A stretch of 64,000 nt of DNA, taken from positions 1,440,001-1,504,000 of the forward strand of contig CBDCXV010000011.1 in assembly GCA_965223905.1 (NCBI GenBank). The letters are read 5' to 3'. Every line of letters starts with the position of its first letter. Positions within the stretch are counted from its first letter, which is position 1. Under the pieces are notes generated by a model. That model did not search any database. It was not told where the DNA came from and was given only the letters and a program-made list of their open reading frames with translations. This stretch comes from Candidatus Latescibacterota bacterium. GTDB taxonomy: Bacteria > Latescibacterota > UBA2968 > UBA8231. Of the stretch, positions 29,801 through 38,569 are shown in pieces. Made by a program: the position numbers and the translations under genes.

Positions 29801-29980
29801 GTTGGCCTGCGCCGTGAACGTCGTCTGCCCGTAAAGGGCATAGGTGATCGCCTCCAGGATGGAGGACTTCCCCGCCCCGGTGTCGCCGACGATGGCGATA
29901 TGGTCCCGCCCGGTGAAGTCGATGGAGACGGGAGCCCTGAACGACCGCAGCCCTTCGATGGTGAGCCTGAGTGGACGCAT
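26870..29980 (-). CDS. sbcC: SbcC/Rad50-like SMC ATPase
   Basis: Walker A GDTGAGKS, Q-loop LPQG, coiled coils, zinc hook CPIC, LSGGE, LFLDEGFG, VISH. Confidence 0.95.
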   Translation of the reverse strand: MRPLRLTIEGLRSFRAPVSIDFTGRDHIAIVGDTGAGKSSILEAITYALYGQTTFTAQANQELMNDTSIHLRVVLRFKVSGETWEVVRTLRRAGDRAVGQPNAQLRRFGAAGETVEQVEQVRRVNERVKELLGLDSDAFLRTVVLPQGRFARLLVEDEPRDRSRILRQVWPTDELEEAGGLAGEARQEAVTLRVRLEQAATAYPEDPEAHLEQLQEALDEARDLAAAASEDERAATTALDTVLAAEEMQQTASGVLERLRALDTERAAGRLAPIAAIERQLGEEEAALRQRQEDLEDELAGIPSDDGPTSEEVAAALTTLRSMGRLIADSENASRELRAAVEEASREHAEAQRLAAEAESAGERAERHAANRGPLAEGVERAQGRRTAVDMGYSRYEERAAELEERQRQLGELGQADAVLAEQLQIAQEDERRATRAAAEAQEHLTLARRSESAASAAHGLHPGDECPICRRDLPADWEPLEGARLSEAEQIADAASQAARLAEQALTRIRTERTGIERQVADAGGRLAAAESHITEARNELARHVDQDVRAPVPPRDTLLAPFEAACTEEADRLAEHDCVYGDLSSETTRQETAATVARTGAANADTLVEHARTAADDALERLMEAVRTVPPAYRPSLDLPGDPADLHEVDTIPVDAQTNSAQEREQVLAERASERQRLEMRLADARNVRSVLARRRAEEVEASLEEIVHDLNSHRDVLVESISRLALDADVPPAVSVRDAGALEGQQIAALQTMAAEVLRAADEAARAAAGRAEAVRTELAALGNRLDAEIDVRDLNAVLESAGTRANDARFEERRARESEENFVAIIDEVRDLRALLAEVEGKERALGDLEDALKPGAFLKWLTLRRSRGLLVHASRMLDEMSAGRYAFVDPGETEEQWRVLDRDSGQARSPASLSGGEQFIASLSLALGMVEMMARSGGRLESLFLDEGFGSLDRNNLDSAVQALGTVAAGGRMVGVISHVRAVAEQIDHVLAVTRDPTGSRAEWLTGTQRQQLAESDTGWEAASALSGLLD

Positions 29981-29981
29981 G

Positions 29982-31238
29982 TCAGCTCCGGCTGCTGTTC
30001 CGCTCCGAGGCGAGGCGGTCGAGGATTTCCTGCGCGCCCGAAATGAGCGGCGTCAGCCCGAAATCGGGTCTCCTTCCCTGACCCACCCCGCCCAACGCCT
30101 GCTCGAACAGCGTTGCCACGATGTCGTGGGGCGCCCTGATCCCGCGCGCCGCGTTGTTGCGCCATTCGAGAAACAGCTCTTCGAGCCCGGGTTCGGCCTC
30201 CCCTTCGCGGTCCGGGTCAATAGGGCTCACCGGCCGGTTCTCAACTACGTTCATCAGCTCGAAAACAGCGCAGTTCGGCGACCATTTCAACAGCCGATCC
30301 GCCAGGTCCGGAATCGGATCGTCCGAGCCCACACGCGCCTTCAGAATGCAGCCGTCGAACCCGCCGTTTGCGGCGCATTTCTCAAGTTTCGCCAGGGTGC
30401 CGGCAAACTCTACGAGGGGCCGTCCGCACGGCAGGTCGTGCGTGCCCACCTGCACGCCGTCCCCGATCGTCACGAGCACCGCCTGCTTTGTCTGCTCGCG
30501 CTCGCCGAAGTCCAGCGGGACCAGCGAGCCGGCGTACCTTCCTTGCGCCTTTCCTCCCGGCAGGAGCTGCGGGTCGTGAAGGTGCCCGAAGGCGCAGTAC
30601 AAAGCCTGCTGGAGACCATCGACGTGCGTGGCGTAGTCCTCTCCCACGGTAATCCGCCGTTCCGACCTGCCCGGCCGGGCGTCATGCACGAAAAGGTGGG
30701 CGGCGTAGAGGACGATCCCTCGTTTGCCCGCGCGTTGATGCGCGACCTCCAGCAGACCTTTGTTCAGGGTTCCGATGCCGTCGGCGTAGGTGCCCTCGAA
30801 CCGGGATGGATCGTCGGTCGCGTAGTCGGCGATGGCACTGGGAGGGATGAATGGCACACACGCCACGGCGACCGGCTCCTCCGTGACCTCCGGATACTCA
30901 ACCACTTCGGGTCGAGTGACCAGCCGCAGCCGCCTGGGGCTCGCCGCCCCTGCCAGCTCGTCGATCACGCCCAGCAGAACGGACGAATCGTGGTTTCCGG
31001 TCAGCACCAGCGTCGGTGCGGTTTCCGCAAGGCCACTCAGCGCCTTGACACCGAGCTTCAGGGCTTCGTGCGGGGGACGCGAGGCGTCGAAAAGATCGCC
31101 GGTGTGCAGGATCAGATCCGGTCGGGCAGATTTCGCGAGGTCCAGCAGTCCGCGGAGCGCCTGCACCTGGTCCGGAGTGCGGTCGTGCCGGCCGAGCTTG
31201 GCCCCCAGGTGCCAGTCGGAAGTATGGAGCAGCTTCAC
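29982..31238 (-). CDS. sbcD: SbcD/Mre11-like nuclease
   Basis: LLHTSDWHLG, GDLFD, GNHD, FGHLH, YAGS; GTGA coupling with herA. Confidence 0.95.
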   Translation of the reverse strand: MKLLHTSDWHLGAKLGRHDRTPDQVQALRGLLDLAKSARPDLILHTGDLFDASRPPHEALKLGVKALSGLAETAPTLVLTGNHDSSVLLGVIDELAGAASPRRLRLVTRPEVVEYPEVTEEPVAVACVPFIPPSAIADYATDDPSRFEGTYADGIGTLNKGLLEVAHQRAGKRGIVLYAAHLFVHDARPGRSERRITVGEDYATHVDGLQQALYCAFGHLHDPQLLPGGKAQGRYAGSLVPLDFGEREQTKQAVLVTIGDGVQVGTHDLPCGRPLVEFAGTLAKLEKCAANGGFDGCILKARVGSDDPIPDLADRLLKWSPNCAVFELMNVVENRPVSPIDPDREGEAEPGLEELFLEWRNNAARGIRAPHDIVATLFEQALGGVGQGRRPDFGLTPLISGAQEILDRLASERNSSRS

Positions 31239-33058
31239 AGGTCGATCCGGGGACCGTCCAGGGCTTCGAGGTTCCCCTCGATCTTCCGAACCTGGGCCTG
31301 CTGGCCGTCGGTGTCCGTCGCCGCTTCGTCCGGGTTGGTCGCGAACGGCGGGAAGGGAAACCGGATCGGGATCGGCTCCGGCACGATCGGCTGGGACGCC
31401 ACCATGGTGCCCGGCATGAAGCGGGTGGCGCGCTCGCGCAGCGCCGGAGTGAGGAACCGGTAGGTCTCGGACTCGCTTGCATCCAGCCGCCCGGCGACCT
31501 TCAGCGACGCGTTGCGGGGCAGCGCCTGGGCCACCGCGGAGGCGGCCTGCTGCGCCCCGATCAGCAGCACGCCCAGAGAGCGACCGCGTTCCGCGATATC
31601 CACCAGCAGGTCCTTCAGCGGCGAGAATCCCTGTGCCGGGGCGTACTTGTTGAGCTCGTCGAGGACCACGAAGCGCAGCGGCAGGCGGCCGGTGCCCTGC
31701 TTCTCGCGCCAGATCCGCTCCAGAAGCGCGCCCACCACGAAGCGCTGGGCGTCGTCGTGGAGGGTCGAGATGTCGACGACATGGAGCTTCGCGTTCTCCG
31801 ACGAGACCGGCTCGAGACCGCACCCGATCAGGGGGCCGATGTGGCGGCGCAGCCGCAGAAGCCTCCGGAGAAAAGCCTGCCGCGTGCCCGACTGTGTGCG
31901 CCCGAACCACTCGTCGATCACGGCCTCGTCCTCTTCCGAAGCGATGCCTTCGAGCAGGTCGATGAGGTCGCCGAAGTCGCGAATTACGTGCCCAGCCCCG
32001 GAGGCCACCGAATCCGGGTCGCGCTCGGCGAGACGGTCGGGGTTGTAGCTCGTGTTGGGAGAAACGGCATGGGCGATCACCACTGCCCCGGACATATCCC
32101 CTTCCAGCCGCCGCAGGCGCCGCAGGAGCTGGATCCGGACCTGCTGCTCCACGAAGCCGACCTGCGTCGAGCGCTCGTCGTCGGAGGTGAAACAGAACTG
32201 CAGTAGCTGCTCGCGGATGAACTGCTCCGGAGTCCAGCCGTAGGGGTTCACGTCAGCGGTCTTGCGGGTCCTGACGTTGGAGACGGTGTTCGGCGACGAG
32301 TCGGATTGGCGGGGAGCGTAGAGGCGGACCGACCGAAACGGCGCGGGATTTTCGATGCCCAGGGCGCGCCATTTCTCCAACTCCTCCGGCTTGCCGGCGA
32401 ACTCGGCGTTGGCCCGGTCCAGATGGAGCAGGTCCTCCCCCTTTGTATTGAAGACCAGCGCCCGGACGCTTTCCCGCCCGGCCCTTCCGCCCAGCAGATC
32501 CATGCCCTGCTCGGTCTCCAGCAGTTGGTAGAGCAGAAACAGCGCGTAGGAGGTCTTCGTCGCGACTCCCGAAATTCCCGAGATCGAGACGTGGCCCCCG
32601 GAGCGCCCATCCACGAAGCGCATGTCCGCATACACCGGCGCCCCTCCCAGGTCGAGGCCGAGGGGCAGCTTGCCGCGGATCATCTCGTCCTCGAAGAGGG
32701 CGACCTCCCGGTGTTTTCCGGCGGCCCGGGTCACCACTCCCCCGGCATGGGGGGCGAGGAACAGTTCCGGACTCACCCGCAGTACCCGCACCTCGGCTCG
32801 CCGCACCAGCTCTGCAGGAAGGGTCCGCTCGATAACGCGGCCTGTGTCCGAGGGAAGATCGGCTCCTTCGAAGCGGGAGAGCAGCTCGGTGACGATCCCG
32901 TAGTGGATTACCTCCCGCCCGTCAGGCAGCTCGGTGGAAACGGTGACCAGCTCGTCGAGCTGGATTACGGTGTCGGCTTCCAGCACCACGTGGAAGGTCC
33001 GCGAGTCGCTGTCCACCGAGCCATCGATGAGCCCGATGCGTTTTTGCTCACCGCTCAC
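31235..33058 (-). CDS. herA: HerA-family ATPase/translocase
   Basis: N-terminal HAS-barrel-like region, Walker A variant SGISGVATKT, VVLDELNKYAP, IAERGRSLG, GAQQ. Confidence 0.88.
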   Translation of the reverse strand: MSGEQKRIGLIDGSVDSDSRTFHVVLEADTVIQLDELVTVSTELPDGREVIHYGIVTELLSRFEGADLPSDTGRVIERTLPAELVRRAEVRVLRVSPELFLAPHAGGVVTRAAGKHREVALFEDEMIRGKLPLGLDLGGAPVYADMRFVDGRSGGHVSISGISGVATKTSYALFLLYQLLETEQGMDLLGGRAGRESVRALVFNTKGEDLLHLDRANAEFAGKPEELEKWRALGIENPAPFRSVRLYAPRQSDSSPNTVSNVRTRKTADVNPYGWTPEQFIREQLLQFCFTSDDERSTQVGFVEQQVRIQLLRRLRRLEGDMSGAVVIAHAVSPNTSYNPDRLAERDPDSVASGAGHVIRDFGDLIDLLEGIASEEDEAVIDEWFGRTQSGTRQAFLRRLLRLRRHIGPLIGCGLEPVSSENAKLHVVDISTLHDDAQRFVVGALLERIWREKQGTGRLPLRFVVLDELNKYAPAQGFSPLKDLLVDIAERGRSLGVLLIGAQQAASAVAQALPRNASLKVAGRLDASESETYRFLTPALRERATRFMPGTMVASQPIVPEPIPIRFPFPPFATNPDEAATDTDGQQAQVRKIEGNLEALDGPRIDL

Positions 33059-33137
33059 TTTTCCTGGCCTCCCATCATTTTCCTGTCGATTTGCTCCCTG
33101 CTTTATTGTTTCCCAAAGTCACTAAACAATTTCCCCT

Positions 33138-33656
33138 CTATGGGTCGGACATAATTTTAAAGAACTGATCAGCTCGATCAACTACCAGCCGAATGTCTTC
33201 AGTTCGATAAACCTCAGTGTAAAGCCGTTCACAGCCCACCGTTACACATTCAATAGCAGTCTTTTCCCAAAGATGTCTGCATGGCCATTATTTGACTAGC
33301 TTTAGAAAAGGTGTCGTCGTCTTGTGAGATCGCATCCTTTCGTTTACATCGGAAGCGAAACCTACCTTAAATCGGCCAGGATCCAATTCAGGCTCAAGCA
33401 AAATTAAATAGAACATCCCAGGGGATAGATCACTTTGGTCCTCATTTCTGACTTCGCCCTCCTCGACCAATAAAGTTTCCTCTAAGAGGTTATAATCATC
33501 TCTGGAAATGTGAGACAGCTTCTGTCCTCCAGCCTTCTCTGTTTTCTTCAAAACAGTGGAAAATCCCATACGCTTAACAATTTTGTGGATAGTCTGTCTA
33601 CTACGACCGTGCTGTTTTGCTATTTCAGCAATAGATACCAAGTTCTGGTACATCAC
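33138..33656 (-). pseudogene. Low-GC HTH plus GIY-YIG (T5orf172-like) gene with an in-frame TAA at 33288-33290
   Basis: SIAEIAKQHGRSRQTIHKIVKRMG (HTH); GMFYLI...FKVGFASDVNERMRSH. The same frame continues WPCRHLWEKTAIEC...FFKIMSDP to TAG at 33138. Confidence 0.7.
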
Positions 33657-34612
33657 AATCCTAATCCTTCCTTGTTGAGCTCCATCACCGCCGCACGCAC
33701 TGCGCGCAGGGCCAGGCGCGGGTCTCCCTGCAAATGGTGCAAATGGCGCTCCAGCCCGGCAATCGGGACCATGTTGACCGGCGCGCGTTCATCTCTATGG
33801 GGAGCGGAAGCGAACGCAGGAAGCCAGCCCGCGGCGGCATCCGCCGCCTCCACCGCCAATGCTTGGCCGACTCCGGCCGGCACCTCGATCCGCACGATCC
33901 CAGCCCACGGACTGGCCCACGGTCCCGGCATGCCCACCCGCAGGTAGCAGCCGTAGAGGTCGTCCCGCATGGAGAACAGACCGGAGCGTTCCCCGGAGGA
34001 CAACCCCGGCACCTGGCCCCAAGCCTCGGGTTCCAGCATCGAGCGGTGATGGGTCTTCACGTAGCCGATGACAGGGAGCGTGCGGGTGCGCCGGATGTGG
34101 TGCAGCGGTCCGTCGATCACTGTAAGCCAGTCCCGAACGGAGAGCCCCTCGGCAATGGCGGCTTCGGTATCGCGCATCCGCCGGCGCAGGCGCTCGCGGG
34201 CGGCCTCAAGTTCGTTGCTGGTGATCGAGTCTGCCTCCCAGCGCCACCCCCCTGGTTGTGGCGGCAGCTCGACCCGGTGCCCGTCGGTGAAGATCGCCGC
34301 CCGACCCACGGTAACCTGATCGAAGCGCAGCGGCCTCTCCCCCTCGACCAGCACCGCACCGGCTCCCCAGCTTCCCGCCAAGCCCGTCACCGTTCCCCGG
34401 TCATCAGTACGTGTCAGGCGCGCCTCGACGCGCATGGTTCCGTCCACGAATGCCAATCGCCGCGGCCGTTGCGTCTCCGCGGGCCGATGGCCGCGAAACA
34501 CCCCATCATCCTCCACCAGCTTGCATGCCTGGGCGTCGGCAGAATCGATGCCGACCTGAAAGCCGCCTCCGAAACCGGTATCGAACGGCTCCACGCCGAT
34601 GGTACTATTCAA
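33653..34612 (-). CDS. nurA: NurA-like nuclease
   Basis: LAFVDGTMR, TVIDGPL, GYVKTH, IVRIEV, RAPVNMVPIAGLERHLH; first gene of the herA-sbcD-sbcC operon. Start chosen at TTG after AAAGGA. Confidence 0.75.
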   Translation of the reverse strand: MNSTIGVEPFDTGFGGGFQVGIDSADAQACKLVEDDGVFRGHRPAETQRPRRLAFVDGTMRVEARLTRTDDRGTVTGLAGSWGAGAVLVEGERPLRFDQVTVGRAAIFTDGHRVELPPQPGGWRWEADSITSNELEAARERLRRRMRDTEAAIAEGLSVRDWLTVIDGPLHHIRRTRTLPVIGYVKTHHRSMLEPEAWGQVPGLSSGERSGLFSMRDDLYGCYLRVGMPGPWASPWAGIVRIEVPAGVGQALAVEAADAAAGWLPAFASAPHRDERAPVNMVPIAGLERHLHHLQGDPRLALRAVRAAVMELNKEGLGL

Positions 34613-34791
34613 GCCCGGTCCTTTGCCAGCGCCACCCAGAATGCGAGCGGCGTAGCCGGGCTCGATACTTAAGTACACGTCCGATTTCAACAGATACACT
34701 CAATGGCCGCTCCCATCCGTTGCCATACGCCCGCCCGAACCCTCAAGGTGCTCAGGCTGCATACCGGTAAGCATTTCCCGGATCCTATCCC

Positions 34792-35964
34792 TCAGGCCGC
34801 GGTCTGAAAAGGCTTCCAGGCTTCGCCCGCGGCCGCGGCCTGGCGCTCCAGCTCGCTGCGCCAGCCCACCACCTCACCGGACTTGATGCGATTGATGTCG
34901 AAGCCGGCGTAGCGGTCCTCGAGCGTGTCCCCCAGCTTCTGCGTTTCCGCCCAGCGGTCCCAGGCCGTCTTCATCCACTCGTGGGGCAGGGCCTCGCGCA
35001 CCGCGGGGTCGAGCTGCCAGGCCTGGCGCGCGTCCGCCACCGACGGCTCCCCGGTGAACGGGCCCTTCCACTTCGACCAGCCGACCGACAGGGTGTTGCG
35101 CTCGCGGTCGGGGACGGTGTGCCCGGTGTGGATCGTCGCCCCGTTGCGGATCAGGGCTTCGCCGGCCTTGAGCCGGATCGCCACCTGGCCAGGCAGGGGG
35201 TCGGTGCCGTTCCAACTGGGGGTGTACGGCACCCCCTTGTCCTTCATCCCCTGTGGCAGCAGGACATCGTGCTCGAGCGGGGTCCGCCACCGGTGGTGGC
35301 TCCCCGGAATCAGCTCGTGGCACTCGTCGTCGACCAGCGCCAGGAACATGCTGACGCCGTCCCGCTCTTCGACGAGCCTGGCGTTGTTGGCGCGGATCTC
35401 TTCCCAGCGGATCCTCTCGACTTCCTCGGAGTATGCCTCGGAGCCCTCCTGCTCGTTCCTCTGTGCGACGTAGGCCTTGCCGGTGCCCCACCAGGTCACG
35501 TCCCGATGCCAGCTCGGGCCGTTCTCGTGGCGCCGGGGATTGCACCACAGCAGCATACTCGTCATCACCATTTCCTCGGGCCCGAGGCCGTTGCACCAGG
35601 ACTCGACGAAACCGAGGAAATCGGGCGAGCCGTGGAACTCGGCAAAGCCCGGCTCCCCGAAGGCGGGGTGGGTGAGGCCCCGGATCGCCCACGGCTCCTC
35701 CTCCCGGGCGCGGTGCACGTACCCCTCCGAGCTGTCGATCCTGCTGTAGCCGTTCTCCGGCGCACAAGCCTCGGTGACGCGGCGGCCGGCTTCGCGGAGG
35801 ATGGGAATCCAGGGGTTGCCGACGAAGTCGTCGATGATGACGAAACCGTGCTCCTGCAGGTGGGCGAGCCTCTCCGGCGTGCCCCCGGGGGCGGCGAGGT
35901 CCGGCTTTGAGTCGGCAAAGGCGGTGGCCCGGTAAGACGGCGGCGACTGCGGCTGATCGTTCAT
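34792..35964 (-). CDS. PhyH-family Fe/2OG dioxygenase
   Basis: HLQEHGFVII, SWHRD, LIPGSH, IHTG. Confidence 0.8.
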   Translation of the reverse strand: MNDQPQSPPSYRATAFADSKPDLAAPGGTPERLAHLQEHGFVIIDDFVGNPWIPILREAGRRVTEACAPENGYSRIDSSEGYVHRAREEEPWAIRGLTHPAFGEPGFAEFHGSPDFLGFVESWCNGLGPEEMVMTSMLLWCNPRRHENGPSWHRDVTWWGTGKAYVAQRNEQEGSEAYSEEVERIRWEEIRANNARLVEERDGVSMFLALVDDECHELIPGSHHRWRTPLEHDVLLPQGMKDKGVPYTPSWNGTDPLPGQVAIRLKAGEALIRNGATIHTGHTVPDRERNTLSVGWSKWKGPFTGEPSVADARQAWQLDPAVREALPHEWMKTAWDRWAETQKLGDTLEDRYAGFDINRIKSGEVVGWRSELERQAAAAGEAWKPFQTAA

Positions 35965-36123
35965 TTTCGCTCTTCCTTGCTGAGAGATGACGGGAAAGAG
36001 TTCTACGTGCAGGCTACCTTGTCGGGCCTTGCAGCGGTGAAGCTCGTCTTGCCGGCGGGGCCGGGCAATCGGCCGGGTTCGAGGTGCCGGGGCCGGGCAA
36101 CCAATGGGGGATTCGGCGAGCCT

Positions 36124-36285
36124 TCACTCACCTGCAGGGCCGTGTCCCGCGAATCCCCAGCGGCGCAGGAACTCCAGCCAGCGCCGGCGCCGCGGGCTGC
36201 CGCCGGGATCGGTCAGCCATTCGCGGTGGGGGCGCAGCAGCGGGAAGGTGTCGAACCGGGCCAGCTGGCTCGCGGTGAGGGTCAC
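36124..36285 (-). pseudogene. PhyH-family remnant (53 aa) with large in-frame internal deletion
   Basis: MTLTASQLARFDTF (PhyH-like start) joined directly to PLLRPHREWLTDPGGSPRRRRWLEFLRRWGF; GTGA-coupled to the upstream gene. Confidence 0.55.
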
Positions 36286-37289
36286 GGGCCCACCTCCGTC
36301 CAACGCCGGAAGCTCTCCTCGTCGACGTTGCGCCCGCTGACGACGACCACCACGTCCCCCTCTCCGTCGAGATCGACGGCCCCGCCCAGGGCCGCGGCCA
36401 CGGCGATCGCCCCGGAGGGCTCGGTGCGCAGCCCGTGCCCGGCGTAGAGCCAGCGCATGGCGGCGCAGGTGGCGGCATCCGCCACGGTCACGGCCGCGGG
36501 CACGTGCCGGCGCAGGATCGGCCAGTTGTGCTCGCCGACGTCGTACGACAGCAGGCCGTCGCAGATGCTCTGCGGCTTTTCTATCCGCACCCGCTTTCCC
36601 CTGGCCAGCGACCGGCAGTAGTCGTCGGCCCCCTCCGGTTCGACGCCGACGATGGCGGCCCCGGGAAAGCCGCCGGCGATGGCGAGGGCATGTCCCGCCA
36701 TCAGTCCGCCGCCGCTGACCGGACAGAGGAAATGCGAGATTTCGCGGTCCTGCCGGCGCAGCTCCTCGACGATCTCGAGACCTCCCACCCCGTTGCCGGC
36801 AATGACGTGGTTGTCGTCGTAGGGGGAGGCCTGGACCGCTCCGCTTGCGGCGATCTCCGCGGTCAGGCGGTCCCGCTCGCCGGTCAGGTGGTCGCTGGCC
36901 AGGTCGTAGGTGCGGATCTCGGCTCCCAGCGAGCGCGTCAGCTCGAACTTCACCTTGGGAGCGCTCTCCGGCATGACGATGACGACCGGCTTGCCGTAGC
37001 GCATGCCCGCAAAGGCGATGCCGGAGGCGAAGTTGCCCGACGAGTGCGCCACCACCGGACGGCTGCCGATGGCGGCGAGGTTGTTCTCCATCCAGTTCAG
37101 CGCCCCGAGCAGCTTGAACGAGCCGACCGGGGTCCAGCCGTAGTCCTTGAGCCAGGCGCGGCGGCCGTCCGCCAGCCCGAGCTTTTTCTCCAGTGGGTAC
37201 GAGCGCACCAGCGGCGCCGGGGAGAGGTGCCGGCGGACCACACCGGCGGCGCGGCGCACGTCCTCAAGGGTCGCCGTTTGAATTGACAT
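36282..37289 (-). CDS. PLP-dependent serine/threonine dehydratase family
   Basis: GSFKLLGA, HSSGNFA, PVSGGGL, EPSGA, VVSGRN. Confidence 0.9.
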   Translation of the reverse strand: MSIQTATLEDVRRAAGVVRRHLSPAPLVRSYPLEKKLGLADGRRAWLKDYGWTPVGSFKLLGALNWMENNLAAIGSRPVVAHSSGNFASGIAFAGMRYGKPVVIVMPESAPKVKFELTRSLGAEIRTYDLASDHLTGERDRLTAEIAASGAVQASPYDDNHVIAGNGVGGLEIVEELRRQDREISHFLCPVSGGGLMAGHALAIAGGFPGAAIVGVEPEGADDYCRSLARGKRVRIEKPQSICDGLLSYDVGEHNWPILRRHVPAAVTVADAATCAAMRWLYAGHGLRTEPSGAIAVAAALGGAVDLDGEGDVVVVVSGRNVDEESFRRWTEVGP

Positions 37290-37392
37290 CCGGGTCACAG
37301 CTTCTAAACTCAGCGGGCCGAATCCGCCTGTAAAGAAAGAGAGGCCGCCTTCCCGCGGCTCTTCATCGGACTTACGCAAGGAACCAAGCGCC

Positions 37393-38568
37393 TTGAGAAT
37401 CCGCAGAATCACTCCCTGGTTGATCCGCGGCCCGCAGCCCTTCATGGCCGCCGCGGGGGAACCGCCCGGGGCCGAGCGTCCCTACCTCTTCGTCCAGGTA
37501 GAAACCGACGAAGGGGTGACCGGATGGGGCGAGGTCACCAACTCCACCCCGGCCCACAACGCCGCGGTCGCCGCCCTGCTGGCGCAGGCCAACGAGCTCG
37601 TGGCCGGCGACGACGCCGGTCACATCGAAGCGATCTGGCACAAGATCTTCCGCACCTACACCTACATGGGGTCTCGCGGCGCCGTGACCAGCGTCATCAG
37701 CGGCATCGACATCGCGCTCTGGGATATCCGCGGCAAGGTCGCAGGCCTCCCGGTGTACGACCTCCTCGGCGGCCCGGTGCGGGACCGCATCTCCCTCTAC
37801 GCCCACCCCAACGGCGGCACGTCGATCGAAGAGGTCGCGCGCGCCGCAAGGGCGATCGCCGACTTCGGGCACACGGCACTCAAGACCGACCCATTCCCGC
37901 TTACGAAAGAGGAGCGGACCTATTTCGGATATCTCAGCGGCGAGGTGGATGCGGCGACGGAGAACGCCGGCATCGAAAAGGTCGCGGCGATCCGGGAGGC
38001 GGTCGGCCCGGACATCGAGATCCTGATCGACGCCCACGGCCGCTTCGACGTGCCGACCGCGGTGCGCCTGGCGACGCGCCTGGCGGAGTACGACATCGGC
38101 TGGTTCGAGGAGCCGGTCCCCCCCGAGAGCTATGCGGCGCTCAAGCAGGTCAGGTCGGAGGTCCCGGTGCCGATCTGCGTCGGCGAGCGGCTGTTCACCC
38201 GCTTCGACTTCCTGCCGGTGCTGCAGGAGGGCTTGGCCGACTACCTGATGCCGGACGTGACTTGGACCGGGGGGATCACCGAGCTGCGGAAGATTTCCAG
38301 CCTCGCCGAGACCTTCTACATCCCGGTGTCGCCGCACGACGCCTCCGGGCCGGTGAACGTCCTGGCCGGGGCGCACGTGATGATGACGGTGCCCAACTTC
38401 TACAGGCTCGAGACCATGCGCGCCGACCTCGGGGCCTACGGCGCCTTCATCGACCACCCTCTCGACGTGCGCGACGGCTGTCTGCACCTGTCGGAGCGGC
38501 CCGGCCTCGGCATCGAACTCGACGTCGATTTCCTGCGCGCCCACGCCCTCCCGGTCGCCGGGGTCTGA
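37393..38568 (+). CDS. Mandelate racemase/galactonate dehydratase-like enolase
   Basis: SGIDIALWDIRGK, IDAHG, WFEEP, VGERL, PGLGIE. Confidence 0.9.
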   Translation: MRIRRITPWLIRGPQPFMAAAGEPPGAERPYLFVQVETDEGVTGWGEVTNSTPAHNAAVAALLAQANELVAGDDAGHIEAIWHKIFRTYTYMGSRGAVTSVISGIDIALWDIRGKVAGLPVYDLLGGPVRDRISLYAHPNGGTSIEEVARAARAIADFGHTALKTDPFPLTKEERTYFGYLSGEVDAATENAGIEKVAAIREAVGPDIEILIDAHGRFDVPTAVRLATRLAEYDIGWFEEPVPPESYAALKQVRSEVPVPICVGERLFTRFDFLPVLQEGLADYLMPDVTWTGGITELRKISSLAETFYIPVSPHDASGPVNVLAGAHVMMTVPNFYRLETMRADLGAYGAFIDHPLDVRDGCLHLSERPGLGIELDVDFLRAHALPVAGV

Positions 38569-38569
38569 C

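Noticed and set aside
26640-34790. Terminal repeats or att sites around the nurA-sbcC block
   Set aside because: Only a weak ATCCGGG-type match; no integrase, transposase or tRNA.
36056-36100. Direct repeat CGGGGCCGGGCAA x2 as a possible CRISPR remnant
   Set aside because: Only two 13-nt GC-rich copies 19 nt apart, and no cas genes.
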